The notes under the pieces were generated by a model. It did no database searches. It was not told the DNA's origin and saw only the letters and a list, made by a program, of their open reading frames with translations. Below, in pieces: positions 1-11,190 of a stretch of 64,000 nt of DNA. The position numbers were made by a program, and so were the translations under genes. The stretch covers positions 32,001 to 96,000 of the IMG/VR virus record IMGVR_UViG_3300021167_000382; one strand, given 5' to 3'. Positions within the stretch are counted from its first letter, which is position 1, and every line of letters begins with the position of its first letter. Source of the stretch: a virus (taxonomy: Duplodnaviria > Caudoviricetes).

Positions 1-137
1 TGGTCATGGGTCTTGTACCCGTGAAGAACTTCCTTACGGATTTCATTGGCTAAGTCTTGACGAAGATTCAGCGACACAGGAATCTGGATTACTTTAGCCA
101 TCGCGCTAAGACGATTGGTTTTAATACGAGTAAACAT
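1..137 (-). CDS. Hypothetical protein, partial (runs off window start)
   Basis: ATG at 137, AGGAG SD at 146-150, open frame MFTRIKTNRLSAMAKVIQ... to the window edge. Confidence 0.6.
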   Translation of the reverse strand, partial: MFTRIKTNRLSAMAKVIQIPVSLNLRQDLANEIRKEVLHGYKTHD

Positions 138-224
138 GGAGGTAACTCCTAAAATGGGAAATCTCAAAAAGAAAAAGATCACGCGAGGTTAGTCGCGTGA
201 TCTTCTAAGGGGACACTGGGTCAG

Positions 225-1127
225 TTACTTCTTAGCAGACCTGGGTCGAGCCGTTTTATTTGCTTGACGAGCTTGCTCGGTTTCACCGGCGATGACTTCA
301 GGTTCTTCAGCCTTTTCTTGCAGGTTTCGGATCTGGCTAGCCAACCACGCGTCACGTGCACTGTCGAGCTGTTCGACCATCGACTGAACCGTTTCGACTG
401 GTGCGCGGTCGTTCATCATCATGATCATCGACACGCAGCTCGGTATGATAGAACCGATGAGGAAGTCTTCGCCATCGAAACCATACTCTTCACACAGCGC
501 CACGTAATCCGCACCAGCGATATGGATCTCGCTCGGGATGAACGGAATGCCGGTAGTGACCACTTCCCTCAAATGCTGACTGAGCGGCCTGCGAAGACGT
601 GCCAGCTTGACAGCGATGATGTCATCTTCCGACAACTCGACACCGTCGACGGAAGGGACTACTGCACCGGAAGCTTCAATCACTTCAGGTGCTTTAGCCT
701 TCAGTGGGTTGAAGAAATTAGCCATAACTTGCGCGGCTTTTTCCTTCTTGTTCTTCTTACCAGACTTGACTTTATCGGAAAGAAGATTTTCCAAAAATGA
801 TTGACAAAGAGATGCATCGTGGAGAACTTCAGCGTTCATGGAAATACCAGAAGCCTTCTGCAGAAGTTTGATGCTGCTGACTTGCTTAAGTAGCTGCTTA
901 AGTGCATCCTTCGCAACTACGTCATCAACCTCTTCCAGAGACATCAGTTCCTTGATTTCAGAAACCATATCAACCAAGCTGCAAAAAAGCGCATTCGTGC
1001 TATGGCTATTGAAGATCTTATCCGAATCTTCTTTACTGGATACTTCAAAGGCACTGACTGCCTTTTTGTTGAACATGGTAGAGAAATCATCTTCTTTGGT
1101 AATGAAGTTGAAAGTAACATCAGACAT
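225..1127 (-). CDS. Hypothetical protein, probably early-expressed
   Basis: 300-aa ORF, GAGGAGATT SD, promoter-like motif upstream at 1209-1222, hairpin downstream at ~175-204. Confidence 0.75.
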   Translation of the reverse strand: MSDVTFNFITKEDDFSTMFNKKAVSAFEVSSKEDSDKIFNSHSTNALFCSLVDMVSEIKELMSLEEVDDVVAKDALKQLLKQVSSIKLLQKASGISMNAEVLHDASLCQSFLENLLSDKVKSGKKNKKEKAAQVMANFFNPLKAKAPEVIEASGAVVPSVDGVELSEDDIIAVKLARLRRPLSQHLREVVTTGIPFIPSEIHIAGADYVALCEEYGFDGEDFLIGSIIPSCVSMIMMMNDRAPVETVQSMVEQLDSARDAWLASQIRNLQEKAEEPEVIAGETEQARQANKTARPRSAKK

Positions 1128-1208
1128 TTGAATCTCCTCAAGGATAGGTAGGTTGAAACGGATTGTTTCATCAGCACATAGGAACTTTCTGTTCCGAGTA
1201 CATTTTAA

Positions 1209-1222
1209 ATATACATGAGTGA
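1209..1222 (-). promoter_or_regulatory. Putative phage early promoter motif (minus strand TCACTCATGTATAT)
   Basis: Identical 14-mer at 38370 and 54874, core also at 33848 and 46405; always upstream of minus-strand genes. Confidence 0.65.
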
Positions 1223-1250
1223 AAAATGATAGAAAAAGATCGATGAAAAA

Positions 1251-1278
1251 GACGACCAGGGCCGAAGCCCTGGTCGTC
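1251..1278 (-). terminator. Intrinsic terminator hairpin
   Basis: gacgaccagggc-cgaa-gccctggtcgtc with an A-run on its left (U-tract on the minus strand). Confidence 0.75.
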
Positions 1279-1304
1279 TCTATATTGCTTTTACTGAGAT
1301 CGAA

Positions 1305-2684
1305 TTAACGATGTGCAGCGATGGAAGCAGAAGCGTAGTCAGCACCAGCGTAAGCGGCGTTCATCAACGAAGCCGGAATGCGCTGACCGAGTTGGTTAAC
1401 CAGGCCGAAGATGGTGGAGATGGCTTCACGAGCTTCGTTCATGGCGACGCGGTCGTCGGACTTACCAGCGGATTCGACGGTCTTGGAAGCGGCCTTCAGA
1501 ACATTGTCAGCGGACTTCTGCGATTCGTCGATGATCTTCTGAATTTCCTTCTTGTTCTTTTCCATGTCTTCCACAGCAGAACAAGCCTTGGTGGCCAGAT
1601 CCAAACACTGGCTGATTTCGCCCTTGTTCAGCGTCTTGGCCTTTTCAGCTACTTCATTGTCAGCCAGGGAATCGAACGTCAGGGAGACGGTGGTGTAAGT
1701 CACGGTACCGGAACCAACCTTGAAGTTACGACGTGAACCTTCAGCAACGATGACTTGGCTGTTGGCGAACGGGCCGTAGGTTTCGGTGAAAGTGATGTCA
1801 CCGGCCTTGTTGACCTTACCTTTGCTCTTCACACCAACGCCAGTCTTGGCAATGGTAGCGATACCAGCAACGACGCTCTTGACCTTGTCGAAGGACGATT
1901 CCATGGCGGTAGCGAAAGCCTTGACATTGGCTTCAGTCACGCCAGAAGACTGGAGACTGGCAGTCATCGAGGAAACGTCAGATGCGATACCTGCAGAAAC
2001 GGCGGAAACGGCATTCGCAGCCTTGGCCAGATTCAGGGAGTTGGAAATGATGGTGGAGTAGGTGTCCAGATCAGCTTTCTTCTTGATCGAGATTTTCTTG
2101 ACCAATCCGCCGGTCAGTTCCTTTTCCTTCATCTTGGCATCAGACGAAATAGCCTGAGCACGCTTCTTCAGGTTTTCGATATGGTCACGGAGCGACTTGG
2201 CCGAACCAAAGATCTTGTTGAAGAATTGAACGATCTTTTCCCAAATGCGCTTGGCCATAGCCTTGATGGCTTCCCAAACGGACTTGATGGTTTCCGAGAT
2301 GGATTCCACGACCAACTTGGTCGAAGCCAGGCGGCTGTTGGCTTGACCGAAGGATTCGACGGCCGGGACGATGCGTTGTTGACCACGGAAGCCCAGGCGA
2401 TTATGGATGCGCTCGATAGCGATAGTGGCCACTTCAGCGGCTTGTTCGCTCAGACCTTCGCCAGATTCGACAGAGGCTTCGGCAACTTCACCGATTTCCT
2501 GAAGTTCTTCAACATCAGCAGAAGCTTGCTCGATATCACCGATGTCGGTGTTGATGTCACCGGCTTGTTCAGCGACTTCAGCGCGGTCTTCACCGACAAC
2601 GACTGCTTGATCGGCAGCTTGTTCGAGGCTTTCGGCGCCCAGGTTCTCTTCTTGAGCTTGTTCCATTGCAGCGATAATACCCAT
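1305..2684 (-). CDS. Internal head (inner-body/ejection-type) protein with cleavable acidic propeptide
   Basis: Likely start MGIIAAME at 2684 (AAAGGAA SD); acidic N-terminus with AME, GAES, SVES, AVES sites, then a 'SVWEAIKAMAKRIWEKIVQFF' helix typical of phiKZ head paralogue families; strongly biased codons. Confidence 0.75.
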   Translation of the reverse strand: MGIIAAMEQAQEENLGAESLEQAADQAVVVGEDRAEVAEQAGDINTDIGDIEQASADVEELQEIGEVAEASVESGEGLSEQAAEVATIAIERIHNRLGFRGQQRIVPAVESFGQANSRLASTKLVVESISETIKSVWEAIKAMAKRIWEKIVQFFNKIFGSAKSLRDHIENLKKRAQAISSDAKMKEKELTGGLVKKISIKKKADLDTYSTIISNSLNLAKAANAVSAVSAGIASDVSSMTASLQSSGVTEANVKAFATAMESSFDKVKSVVAGIATIAKTGVGVKSKGKVNKAGDITFTETYGPFANSQVIVAEGSRRNFKVGSGTVTYTTVSLTFDSLADNEVAEKAKTLNKGEISQCLDLATKACSAVEDMEKNKKEIQKIIDESQKSADNVLKAASKTVESAGKSDDRVAMNEAREAISTIFGLVNQLGQRIPASLMNAAYAGADYASASIAAHR

Positions 2685-2808
2685 GATTCTTTCCTTTGTA
2701 ACAGTTTTGTACCAAACGTTTGGTGACTTATAGAGGTGCGTCAGCTGTGACACAAACGCATTCAGTGCATCATAGGAGCACCGACCACTGCTAAGTCAAA
2801 CAGTAGAT

Positions 2809-4302
2809 TTAAGGAGTAGTTGGTTTCAAGACCTCAATATTCTTTTCCACGTAACGCAACACGCCGCTCACGTAGTCGGAAGAGAAGTCATGGATGTCAA
2901 TCGCACCAGGAAGGTAAACCTTCGTAATAAACGATTGCTTCAGATAGATCACTTCAACCAAGGACTCACGAAGGTTCTTAGCTTGAGCATCTTCTGTTAA
3001 CCAACTAAAGTAATTCTGAAAATTCGGTTTCAGTCGCTCAGCTGCTAGTTCAAGTTTCTTATAAAACGAAACATGACTTGAAGCTTTGTTGACAACCACT
3101 TCTAGCCCATTGAGAAGGCGTAGGAGAGATTGTTTGTCCATATAATTCACCATGGAACTTGTTTTTGGTGCTTGCGGGTTAACGCCTAGCACTAAGTAGC
3201 TCTCTTGATAAGCCTTACTTACTTCAGACATATCGTCAGATCGAGCTGCTGCCATAATGATATCTTTACGAGGCATTGCTGCCATCAGTATCGTTTTCAT
3301 TGGAAGAGGGTGTACAAAGACCGTTGTCTCAACGAGCTCCGGGGCTTTGTCATATCCAAGTACGGTTTTCCGCATGAATCCGGAGCTTAATGCATGGGTT
3401 TCAAGGTAGTGAACCACTTCAACCCTAGTATTCCGCTGACAAACTTCAATAACACGCTGCATGGTTCCAATTTCATTATGAATACCCTGATCGATGTCAC
3501 CTACAACCACATCAAGCAGTTTATCCATGGCTGAAATGGACTTCATTGGCGAGATCTCTGATCCTACTGTAAACAATGCAGCAACAGCCTCATCCTGGAA
3601 AGGTTCAGGCTGCATGACCTTCACACTATCCGGGAGTCCGTCAAGAATACTCCTCAGACGCTGTAGTCGGTTGCTGTGTTTCTTGAATGAATGCGTGTGT
3701 TGAAAATAGGCACGAGACACAGCGCTCCGCATCTTAACAAACGATTTAAACAACCGTGTCAGAAGGTATGAAACACCAGAACGAAGTTTGGCATAGACTT
3801 TGGGACCATACTCGACACCAAGTTCCTTCATGTAGACAGCCAGCTCAGTAGCTATGTGTAATGCATAACCTGAGAGCGCTTTAACGCCGTTCCAAGCCAT
3901 GCTACCAGTTTTTTGAAGTAGTGTTTCTTCACCGAAACTCTCAACCGCGAATCGACTATAGTGGTCTTCTGTGCGGAGACTTTCCGTTGCTACCGTGGTT
4001 AGTTTTCCGTCTATGACTTCCATATCCGATTCTTCAGTCTCAGCATCTTCAGGGGTATCATTACCTCCATCAGTGTCAGTAGCTTCTTCATTTGTGTCAG
4101 GTGTTTCATCGGATGCGTTGTCTGAACCACTGTCAGCCGCTTCACCCTCTTCTTCAACTTTCTCAGCATCCTCGACCTGCTTTGCTTTTTCCAAATACAA
4201 ACGGTCGTGTTCAGGTAGTGCTGCGTCACTGATATCTTTAGTGAGAACCTGGGTAATCGACAGTGTCGGGTCCAGATTCTCACAAGCTCGAATGATTCCC
4301 AT
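2809..4302 (-). CDS. Virion head protein with acidic propeptide
   Basis: Likely start MGIIRACE at 4302; acidic tract, ATES and AVES motifs; located in the head gene block. Confidence 0.65.
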   Translation of the reverse strand: MGIIRACENLDPTLSITQVLTKDISDAALPEHDRLYLEKAKQVEDAEKVEEEGEAADSGSDNASDETPDTNEEATDTDGGNDTPEDAETEESDMEVIDGKLTTVATESLRTEDHYSRFAVESFGEETLLQKTGSMAWNGVKALSGYALHIATELAVYMKELGVEYGPKVYAKLRSGVSYLLTRLFKSFVKMRSAVSRAYFQHTHSFKKHSNRLQRLRSILDGLPDSVKVMQPEPFQDEAVAALFTVGSEISPMKSISAMDKLLDVVVGDIDQGIHNEIGTMQRVIEVCQRNTRVEVVHYLETHALSSGFMRKTVLGYDKAPELVETTVFVHPLPMKTILMAAMPRKDIIMAAARSDDMSEVSKAYQESYLVLGVNPQAPKTSSMVNYMDKQSLLRLLNGLEVVVNKASSHVSFYKKLELAAERLKPNFQNYFSWLTEDAQAKNLRESLVEVIYLKQSFITKVYLPGAIDIHDFSSDYVSGVLRYVEKNIEVLKPTTP

Positions 4303-4304
4303 GA

Positions 4305-4904
4305 TCAGGCAGCAGTCGTTGCACGGCGGCCGTAGATGACGTTTAGCGTAGACAGCATGTCCTGTAAACCTTCTACAGTGCATGACCACTGCTTCACCAT
4401 ATCCACCGTCAGCCCGTTGGTCATCTGGTTCAGAATCTGCTTCAGCTCGTAAGCTTCCGTTTCTTTCTGTTCAGCAGAGAAACTCGGATTATTCGCACCG
4501 ACATGCAGTAGGCGGAAATAACCGCTATGAGACATAGAACGAGGTTGACGGTTGTAAATGAAGAGTAGCGTTTCTTTCAGGAAACGCTCATGGAGATAAG
4601 AGAAGCACGGTGATTGCTCTTGTGCTCGGAACCATGGTCCGAAGCTCTCATCACCCAGAAGAACCATGGCTTTCTTCAGTAACAGTTCACGGAAATTAAA
4701 GTCACTGAAGACTTTAGGATCAGCAGCCATTTGCGTATAGAGCTGCGTCACCGCTTTGTCATAATAGTTGCTGGTATCGACACGGAAGATGGTCTGTGTG
4801 ATCACCGCCTGAACCAATGAGCGTTCTTGTTCAGGCACTTGAACCAGATCAGAAGTATCTTCGCCAATGAAGCCAGATTGAAGGAGTTTGTAAACACCAG
4901 TCAT
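4305..4904 (-). CDS. Probable virion structural protein
   Basis: 199-aa ORF tightly coupled in the structural operon, GGAGG SD. Confidence 0.6.
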   Translation of the reverse strand: MTGVYKLLQSGFIGEDTSDLVQVPEQERSLVQAVITQTIFRVDTSNYYDKAVTQLYTQMAADPKVFSDFNFRELLLKKAMVLLGDESFGPWFRAQEQSPCFSYLHERFLKETLLFIYNRQPRSMSHSGYFRLLHVGANNPSFSAEQKETEAYELKQILNQMTNGLTVDMVKQWSCTVEGLQDMLSTLNVIYGRRATTAA

Positions 4905-4915
4905 GATGTTCCTCC

Positions 4916-5827
4916 TTACAGGCCAAGTTCAGTGTCAGTTTCAGCAAGCTGATAGTCAAGCTTTTCGATCCGATCCTGCAGACGCTGGATTTCGTTCATC
5001 AGTGCCGGGTCCTTGCGATTCTTGGCTTGGTTTTCAAGATATAGCAACCGAAATTCAAGTTGCTGCTTCTTGGCCTTGGCGGATTCATAACGGCTGTTCT
5101 GCCATTGAGCAAACGCCAGACGAACCGTATAGATCGGAGAACCTACGAAACCAGAATAACCCGTCGAAGCCAAGGGATCAGCTTCCTTGGATTCCAGCAT
5201 CGCGGCCAGCATCTTATTCGTACGCTCGTTAGCGATCAGGTCAGGAATAGCTTCGTAAAGTTTCTTGAACTCTTCTGGTTCAGCGGAATACTGAGCAAAA
5301 AGCTTAACGAATGCGTGGAACTTATTTTCCACGTACTTGACTTCAGCTTTCGAAATCTCGATACTAGGCTCAACTTCCACATCACGGCTAATCGCTTCAA
5401 CCGTATAGATATAGTTCAGCAGAGACAGCATGTAACGAGAAAGGAATGACATGTTACTAGCACTACGTAACACGAAGGCCGAACGGGTCGTCAGACCGGA
5501 CGTGATGATATCCTTATCCACCACCGTGTCAAGAAGCGTAGACATGTACGTCATATTTTCAAGCAAGTTCTTGAGACGAATGTTGATGTCAATGATGAAG
5601 TTCTTGGCAGAGCTGTGGCGGTTTGCCTTGAAGTTGGCAGAGAAGACCGCTTGCAGCGATTCAACTTCCACAGACTGCAGCTTGATCGTTCGGAAAGCGT
5701 CAGCTGCTTGCTGGTAGCTCGGCATGACGATCTTCGTCATTTCTTTTTCTGTGGTACGCAGATCGTCAGCGATATCGGAACGATTCACACGTGGCAACAG
5801 TTTCTTGATAAAGTCCAGGATACCCAT
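4916..5827 (-). CDS. Virion structural protein (phiKZ gp90-like by synteny)
   Basis: 303 aa, C-terminal coiled coil, position in the block. Confidence 0.6.
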   Translation of the reverse strand: MGILDFIKKLLPRVNRSDIADDLRTTEKEMTKIVMPSYQQAADAFRTIKLQSVEVESLQAVFSANFKANRHSSAKNFIIDINIRLKNLLENMTYMSTLLDTVVDKDIITSGLTTRSAFVLRSASNMSFLSRYMLSLLNYIYTVEAISRDVEVEPSIEISKAEVKYVENKFHAFVKLFAQYSAEPEEFKKLYEAIPDLIANERTNKMLAAMLESKEADPLASTGYSGFVGSPIYTVRLAFAQWQNSRYESAKAKKQQLEFRLLYLENQAKNRKDPALMNEIQRLQDRIEKLDYQLAETDTELGL

Positions 5828-5889
5828 TTTGTTTTATTCCTTGAATGATTTACGGACAGAGGGAGGGAAACCCCTCCCTCTTAACTTAC

Positions 5890-7017
5890 TTAGAACGTCG
5901 GTGCACGGCCTTCAAGCAGCACACGCATGATATCATTGATATCGGGACCCTTCTTATTACCGGAAGCTTTCAACGAACGAACTGAGATCGTTGAAGGTTG
6001 TGCAATACCGTTGAAATAGAAGTTGATGATCTCGCGTTCCTGATCCACCACCGCGATGATCATGGCGTAGGTACCCTGGAAGATCTTCTCACGACCATCC
6101 TTGGAATTGAAACGGAAACCCAACTTAGCTTCGATAGCTTCAGCGGCATCACTGGAGATAACATACAGATTCGTCGAAATAGCCAACGATGGATTCTTGG
6201 TCAGAAGACCGTAACCACGGTTCGCACTAACACGACGTGTCATTTCCTGCAATGCACCGGACTTGTCCTTGATCGCAGCACGGCGATATTCGTCAATCAA
6301 ATCCTGACAGAAGATCATGTCCTTGATCAACGAGATACGGCCAGAACGCCAGCTATGGTAACGTTCTACCAAAGACTCTTGTTCCTTGCGGTGGGTGAAG
6401 ATGTAGTTCAGCGAGTCATTGTTGACAATGTAAGGTGCCAAGCGAATGGTGATAGGCACAGTAACGGTACAGACAGGAGAACGTGCATCCGGTGCCGTAT
6501 TCGGTACATCGATGTCTACATTGATCAGCTTACCAACGGCCAGATTCTCAAGTTCGTAGAGAACCTTAATAGTATCTGCTTGACGATGTGCATCTTCCAT
6601 AGCCATCACACGACGTGTCGGCAACGAGAACTGCATCGATTCAGAAATCAGAAAGTTCGTTACGGTATTCTGAACCGCATCGTGGCGACCTTGAAGCATG
6701 AAACCGGTGCTATCACGATTCGGATTCAATGCATCCAGAATCCGAACGACTTCGATATTACGAACAGCTGTCGTCATCATGGAGATCGCTTGCAGGAAAT
6801 ACCCTGCATAGATCGATGTCATGGTATTCAACAGCGGGGTCAGGTATTCCAGATTGGCGCAGTCTTGAGAGATCAGCGTCATCGGTTCAGCACGAGTGAG
6901 TTTAGTCAACTGTGTCAAGGAGTTATCCGTGACATGACCAGCCACATTAGTCTTGAAATAGTCAACTACACGAGCAACGGTACTCAGTGCGCTGTTTATC
7001 GTGGAGATCGGGTCCAA
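5890..7017 (-). CDS. Virion structural protein (phiKZ gp89-like)
   Basis: TTG start at 7017 with AAGGAG SD; 'SLTQLTKLTRAEPMTLIS' and 'AGYFLQA' motifs; internal AME site. Confidence 0.65.
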   Translation of the reverse strand: MDPISTINSALSTVARVVDYFKTNVAGHVTDNSLTQLTKLTRAEPMTLISQDCANLEYLTPLLNTMTSIYAGYFLQAISMMTTAVRNIEVVRILDALNPNRDSTGFMLQGRHDAVQNTVTNFLISESMQFSLPTRRVMAMEDAHRQADTIKVLYELENLAVGKLINVDIDVPNTAPDARSPVCTVTVPITIRLAPYIVNNDSLNYIFTHRKEQESLVERYHSWRSGRISLIKDMIFCQDLIDEYRRAAIKDKSGALQEMTRRVSANRGYGLLTKNPSLAISTNLYVISSDAAEAIEAKLGFRFNSKDGREKIFQGTYAMIIAVVDQEREIINFYFNGIAQPSTISVRSLKASGNKKGPDINDIMRVLLEGRAPTF

Positions 7018-7160
7018 AGTTAACTCCTTTTTAGATATTGGATAACGGTTTTTTAACCACATTGTTTAACGGCAATCATAAGATCAGAACGCCTCTATAA
7101 ATATAGGGTTTAATTCCATAAAACAAAAATCGACTGGTTAATGCTATTTAGAAAGAAACT

Positions 7161-8255
7161 ATGTCTATCCTCTCACTGTCGATGGATGATTTCTTCTCAA
7201 AGATGCCGACTGGGTCGCTGGAACGCGCCATCGGAGTTAGTCTAAGAGGAATCGACCAACTACAAGCACCGGGTGCTATCCCTATCAACAAGGATATGCC
7301 CGGTTTCACTTTCTTCACGCGTCCTCAGCTGAATATGCAGATGGACAATCTTCGGAACGTTCGACAGTTCTCAAGTCTACTGAGTAAGAACCCTGTCAGC
7401 ATGCAGACTTACATCCGAACCATGCTCGACCCACGTTTGATTGAGGGTGTTTCTTTTAAGGGTAAGACTGGACACCCTGTTCCATTGGAAACTGTGCAAT
7501 GTCCTTTAGTTGACAATTACAATGCATTCATCCCACCCCTCACGAATAACCTGCTATCCATGTCTGGTTGGCCGAGTATCTCTGTACCAGTGAACACATC
7601 TGCACCTGGTCTCTACAATGAATCACAGACCATCGTCGATGGCCGCGTGTTTAATTCAGAAGCATTTGACATCACAGCGAACTTTCGCAATACTCGGGGT
7701 GATGTAATTCTGTATCTGTTCTATACCTGGGCTGTCTATATGTCCATGGTATTCGAAGGACGCCTGGTTCCGTACTTGGATTTCATTTCTGAAAACGAAC
7801 TCGACTATAACACGCGTATTTACCGTATTGTGACTGACTACACGAAAACACGCGTGTCCAAGATCACTTGCACACTGGCTTCAATTCCAGTCGGTGTTCC
7901 AGTTGGTGATGCATTCGATATTCCTGGAGATAAGCCGTATCTGGAATCCAATCGCGAAATCTCTATGCGATTCGCCTGTAACGGGGTTCGGTACTTTGAT
8001 GACCTAGTAGCAAAGGAATTCAATGCTACTGTTGTTATCTTTAATAAGGCTATGTCTGACAACTATCGGCCTAGTCTGATGACTAAGGTACCTTATAAGA
8101 GCTACTCGCTTTTCAAAGGTCTCTGTTATCCAAGAATCAATCTAGACACGGCTGAGCTAGAGTGGTGGACAACGAATGAAATCGCTAGCCGTATCTCCCA
8201 GCGCTATCTGAATGCGCTACCTGAAACCAATTCCGAAGAATACGAAGGAGATTAA
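7161..8255 (+). CDS. Virion/baseplate structural protein (phiKZ gp88-like)
   Basis: 'GFTFFTRPQLN' and 'DYNTRIYR' motifs recalled from this family; divergent from the gp89-like gene. Confidence 0.65.
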   Translation: MSILSLSMDDFFSKMPTGSLERAIGVSLRGIDQLQAPGAIPINKDMPGFTFFTRPQLNMQMDNLRNVRQFSSLLSKNPVSMQTYIRTMLDPRLIEGVSFKGKTGHPVPLETVQCPLVDNYNAFIPPLTNNLLSMSGWPSISVPVNTSAPGLYNESQTIVDGRVFNSEAFDITANFRNTRGDVILYLFYTWAVYMSMVFEGRLVPYLDFISENELDYNTRIYRIVTDYTKTRVSKITCTLASIPVGVPVGDAFDIPGDKPYLESNREISMRFACNGVRYFDDLVAKEFNATVVIFNKAMSDNYRPSLMTKVPYKSYSLFKGLCYPRINLDTAELEWWTTNEIASRISQRYLNALPETNSEEYEGD

Positions 8256-8257
8256 CA

Positions 8258-11185
8258 ATGGCCACAACGGATTTCCAGCCTACGCCACTGTCAGCGGTAA
8301 AAGCGCGTTTTGATGAAGCTGTCTATGATCCGACACTACTGGTTCAGGCAGGTCTTGAAACATTGGAAGAGATTACAAATGGTGAAGCGCTCTTACTCGA
8401 TCCAACGCACCCCGCGGTAGTTATCTTGGAAATGGGCGCTATCGAAGCATCTAATGCAGTCCAGGCGACGATTGGATTGTTGAGAAAGCAGTATCCGATT
8501 CTTGCTGAAGAAGAATCGGATCTCTACCGCCATATGTCGGATAATGACTATGTGAATCGTTTCGCCTCTCCGAGTAGCGTTAGGATTACCATGGCCATCA
8601 TGGTTTCTGATATTTTTTCAAAGCTGATTCGTGATGAATCTGAGAACTGCTGGAAAGCGACAATCTCTCGCGATACTCGGTTCAATGTGGATGGCGTAAC
8701 CTTTACGCTCTGCTACCCGATCCATATTCGCCGTTACCAGACTGGGGCTATTCAGATCGCCTACGATACGACTATTTCATCGCCGATTCAATCTGTGAAA
8801 GAAGTCGTCATTACGCCAAAAGTTCGTAATTCTGCAAACAATGAAGAATGGATGTTCATTGAAGTCGATGTTATACAAGTTGATCGGATTTCATTCACAG
8901 CTGTGATTGAACAGATTTATAACTATCAGAAGACGATCGCGTTCACAGATCAATTCCACTTCGCTCGTGCTTTCTATCGGAATAACGATACAGCAAATGC
9001 CTGGGTTGAATTGAATACTACACATACGGATCAGGTATTCGACCCACGAGTCCCGACGGTACTCTTCCAGGTCATGGATCAGGAACTGGATGCCCGTATC
9101 CCGATCATTTACTTTAGTAACGGCAGTCTAACGGGTGAACTTCGGATCGACATCTATACCACTAAAGGTGAGTTGATCATGAACCTTCAGAATTACACTC
9201 AGGATTTATTTGGTGTTAATATGACGCCGATTGATGAAGAGCGTGATTATACCCCTTACGTCGATACCTTCTCATCCATTAGCTACTATGCCTTTGGAAC
9301 AGGGATCACTTCTGGTGGTAAGTCCGCCGTCGACTTCGAAACCCTTCGTAAGCGTGTCATCTATAACGCAACCGGTCCCCAGGTACTACCCATCACCAAT
9401 GTTTCTGTTCAAGCAGATGGTGAGAATTCATCTTACAACATCGTGAAAGACATCGATGTCGTTACTAATCGTGTCTTCCTGGCGACTCGGAAACTCCCAG
9501 CACCAACAAATCCAAAACTCGTGACGCCGGCCAATATCGGTATTGTGACTTACACAGGTAGCTTGAGTGACATGATGACTAGTGCGAGTATCGTTAAGAA
9601 CGGTGCTCGGTACACGATGAAGTCCAAAGCACTCTTTCAGCGGTCCAATGGCGTGCTCTCTCTATTATCGTCAGATACTGTAAGTTGGCTGAGATCGCTC
9701 AGTCAGAATCAGTTCATTGCTGAAGTCAATGAGACAGAATACCTCTACACGCCTTTTTACTATGTCCTAGATGAGACTGGTAATGAATTCGACATGCGTG
9801 CCTATTCGCTGGATCAACCCTACGCGGCCGATCTCAGTTTTGTCCGTATTAATCAATCACTCCAGCTCTTTGTCAATACCTCGTCTTATTCCTTTGAGAA
9901 AATCTCAACAGGTTATAAACTGACGATTCAAACGAACTCAGGAAACTATTTCAAGGATGCTGAAGATAACCACGTTGGTGTTCAGCTCGCCTTTAACCCT
10001 TATGGGGAAACTACCTATGCGTATATCAACGGCACTTACTTGGGTAAGACGTCTGGTAATGAACGCATCTATGAATTCACCATCGAAACAAATCATGACA
10101 TCGATGGCGATGATCTGATCTGTATTACAAATGCACGTGTCCAAGGGGTTGATGGGTATAAAGCTTGGATCAAGCTAGACACTACGTTCAATCTGCTGTA
10201 TCATACCTCGTTGGCTACCACTAACTTCGAAGCGGATACGACAGATGAAATACTCGGTCGGTGGCTTCTTCCTCAGGGATCGGTAGGGAATAGCCACGAG
10301 GAACTTCGTATTACCTTTGGTAAATCGCTGTCCTCACTCTGGCGTCGTGCTCGTAGCTACTTCAATGATACGACTTATCTTCGGTATGAGAGCGATATTC
10401 CGATGACGTATACGGAAGACACGTACGAGGTCGATCCTGTAACCAATTCAACCTTCACGATTGTTAATGGTGAGATCGTTTACAATGTGCTCCATGTTGC
10501 CGGTGATCCTGTTCTGAATGAACTCGGTGAACAGGTTTACCTGCACCGTAAAGGCGATGCTGTCCTGGATGAGAACGGTCATCCTATCAAAGTGATTTCT
10601 TCGATGGTTGGTCGTGAGCTGGATCTACTGGTCGTCGATGCACGTTATGAATTCGCAGATGACGAATCTACAATCCAGTACCTAAAAGAAATTGAATCGG
10701 TGCTTTCATCATGGGTCACTGTGGATATGGCTGCCATGGGCGCGGACCTCTTAGAGAAAACGAAAATCTATTTCTATCCGAAAACTAATATCGGAGAAGT
10801 CGTTGCCTATTACGAAGGTGATCAAGAGATTCGGTTGAATTCAGATCAAGAATTTAACTTAACGCTATATGTCAATGATGGCATTTTCAGAAATGACAGT
10901 ATTCGCGCTGACATCGAAACTCGGACTACGCGGCTACTGGACAGCTATATCGACCGTGCGACAGTGAATATGTCTGAAATCCGTGAACAGCTTCGGTTGC
11001 TTTATGGTAACTCGGTGACAGCATTCCAGATCTCTGGTCTGGGCGGTGATTCGAATTACGAAATGTTAACGATGCAAGATGGCCGCTATCGTCTTTCTTT
11101 GAAAAAGAATCTAGTGATGCGTGCTGATAAAAAGATGTATGTCAAGGATGCTGTTAACTTCGAGTTCAAACGTTCTTCAATCTGA
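8258..11185 (+). CDS. Large baseplate-wedge-like virion protein (phiKZ gp87-like)
   Basis: 975 aa; 'DPTHPAVVILE...LYRHMSD' N-terminus and 'GGKSAVDFETLRKR' motif resembling baseplate J/gp6 proteins. Confidence 0.65.
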   Translation: MATTDFQPTPLSAVKARFDEAVYDPTLLVQAGLETLEEITNGEALLLDPTHPAVVILEMGAIEASNAVQATIGLLRKQYPILAEEESDLYRHMSDNDYVNRFASPSSVRITMAIMVSDIFSKLIRDESENCWKATISRDTRFNVDGVTFTLCYPIHIRRYQTGAIQIAYDTTISSPIQSVKEVVITPKVRNSANNEEWMFIEVDVIQVDRISFTAVIEQIYNYQKTIAFTDQFHFARAFYRNNDTANAWVELNTTHTDQVFDPRVPTVLFQVMDQELDARIPIIYFSNGSLTGELRIDIYTTKGELIMNLQNYTQDLFGVNMTPIDEERDYTPYVDTFSSISYYAFGTGITSGGKSAVDFETLRKRVIYNATGPQVLPITNVSVQADGENSSYNIVKDIDVVTNRVFLATRKLPAPTNPKLVTPANIGIVTYTGSLSDMMTSASIVKNGARYTMKSKALFQRSNGVLSLLSSDTVSWLRSLSQNQFIAEVNETEYLYTPFYYVLDETGNEFDMRAYSLDQPYAADLSFVRINQSLQLFVNTSSYSFEKISTGYKLTIQTNSGNYFKDAEDNHVGVQLAFNPYGETTYAYINGTYLGKTSGNERIYEFTIETNHDIDGDDLICITNARVQGVDGYKAWIKLDTTFNLLYHTSLATTNFEADTTDEILGRWLLPQGSVGNSHEELRITFGKSLSSLWRRARSYFNDTTYLRYESDIPMTYTEDTYEVDPVTNSTFTIVNGEIVYNVLHVAGDPVLNELGEQVYLHRKGDAVLDENGHPIKVISSMVGRELDLLVVDARYEFADDESTIQYLKEIESVLSSWVTVDMAAMGADLLEKTKIYFYPKTNIGEVVAYYEGDQEIRLNSDQEFNLTLYVNDGIFRNDSIRADIETRTTRLLDSYIDRATVNMSEIREQLRLLYGNSVTAFQISGLGGDSNYEMLTMQDGRYRLSLKKNLVMRADKKMYVKDAVNFEFKRSSI

Positions 11186-11190
11186 CAGAC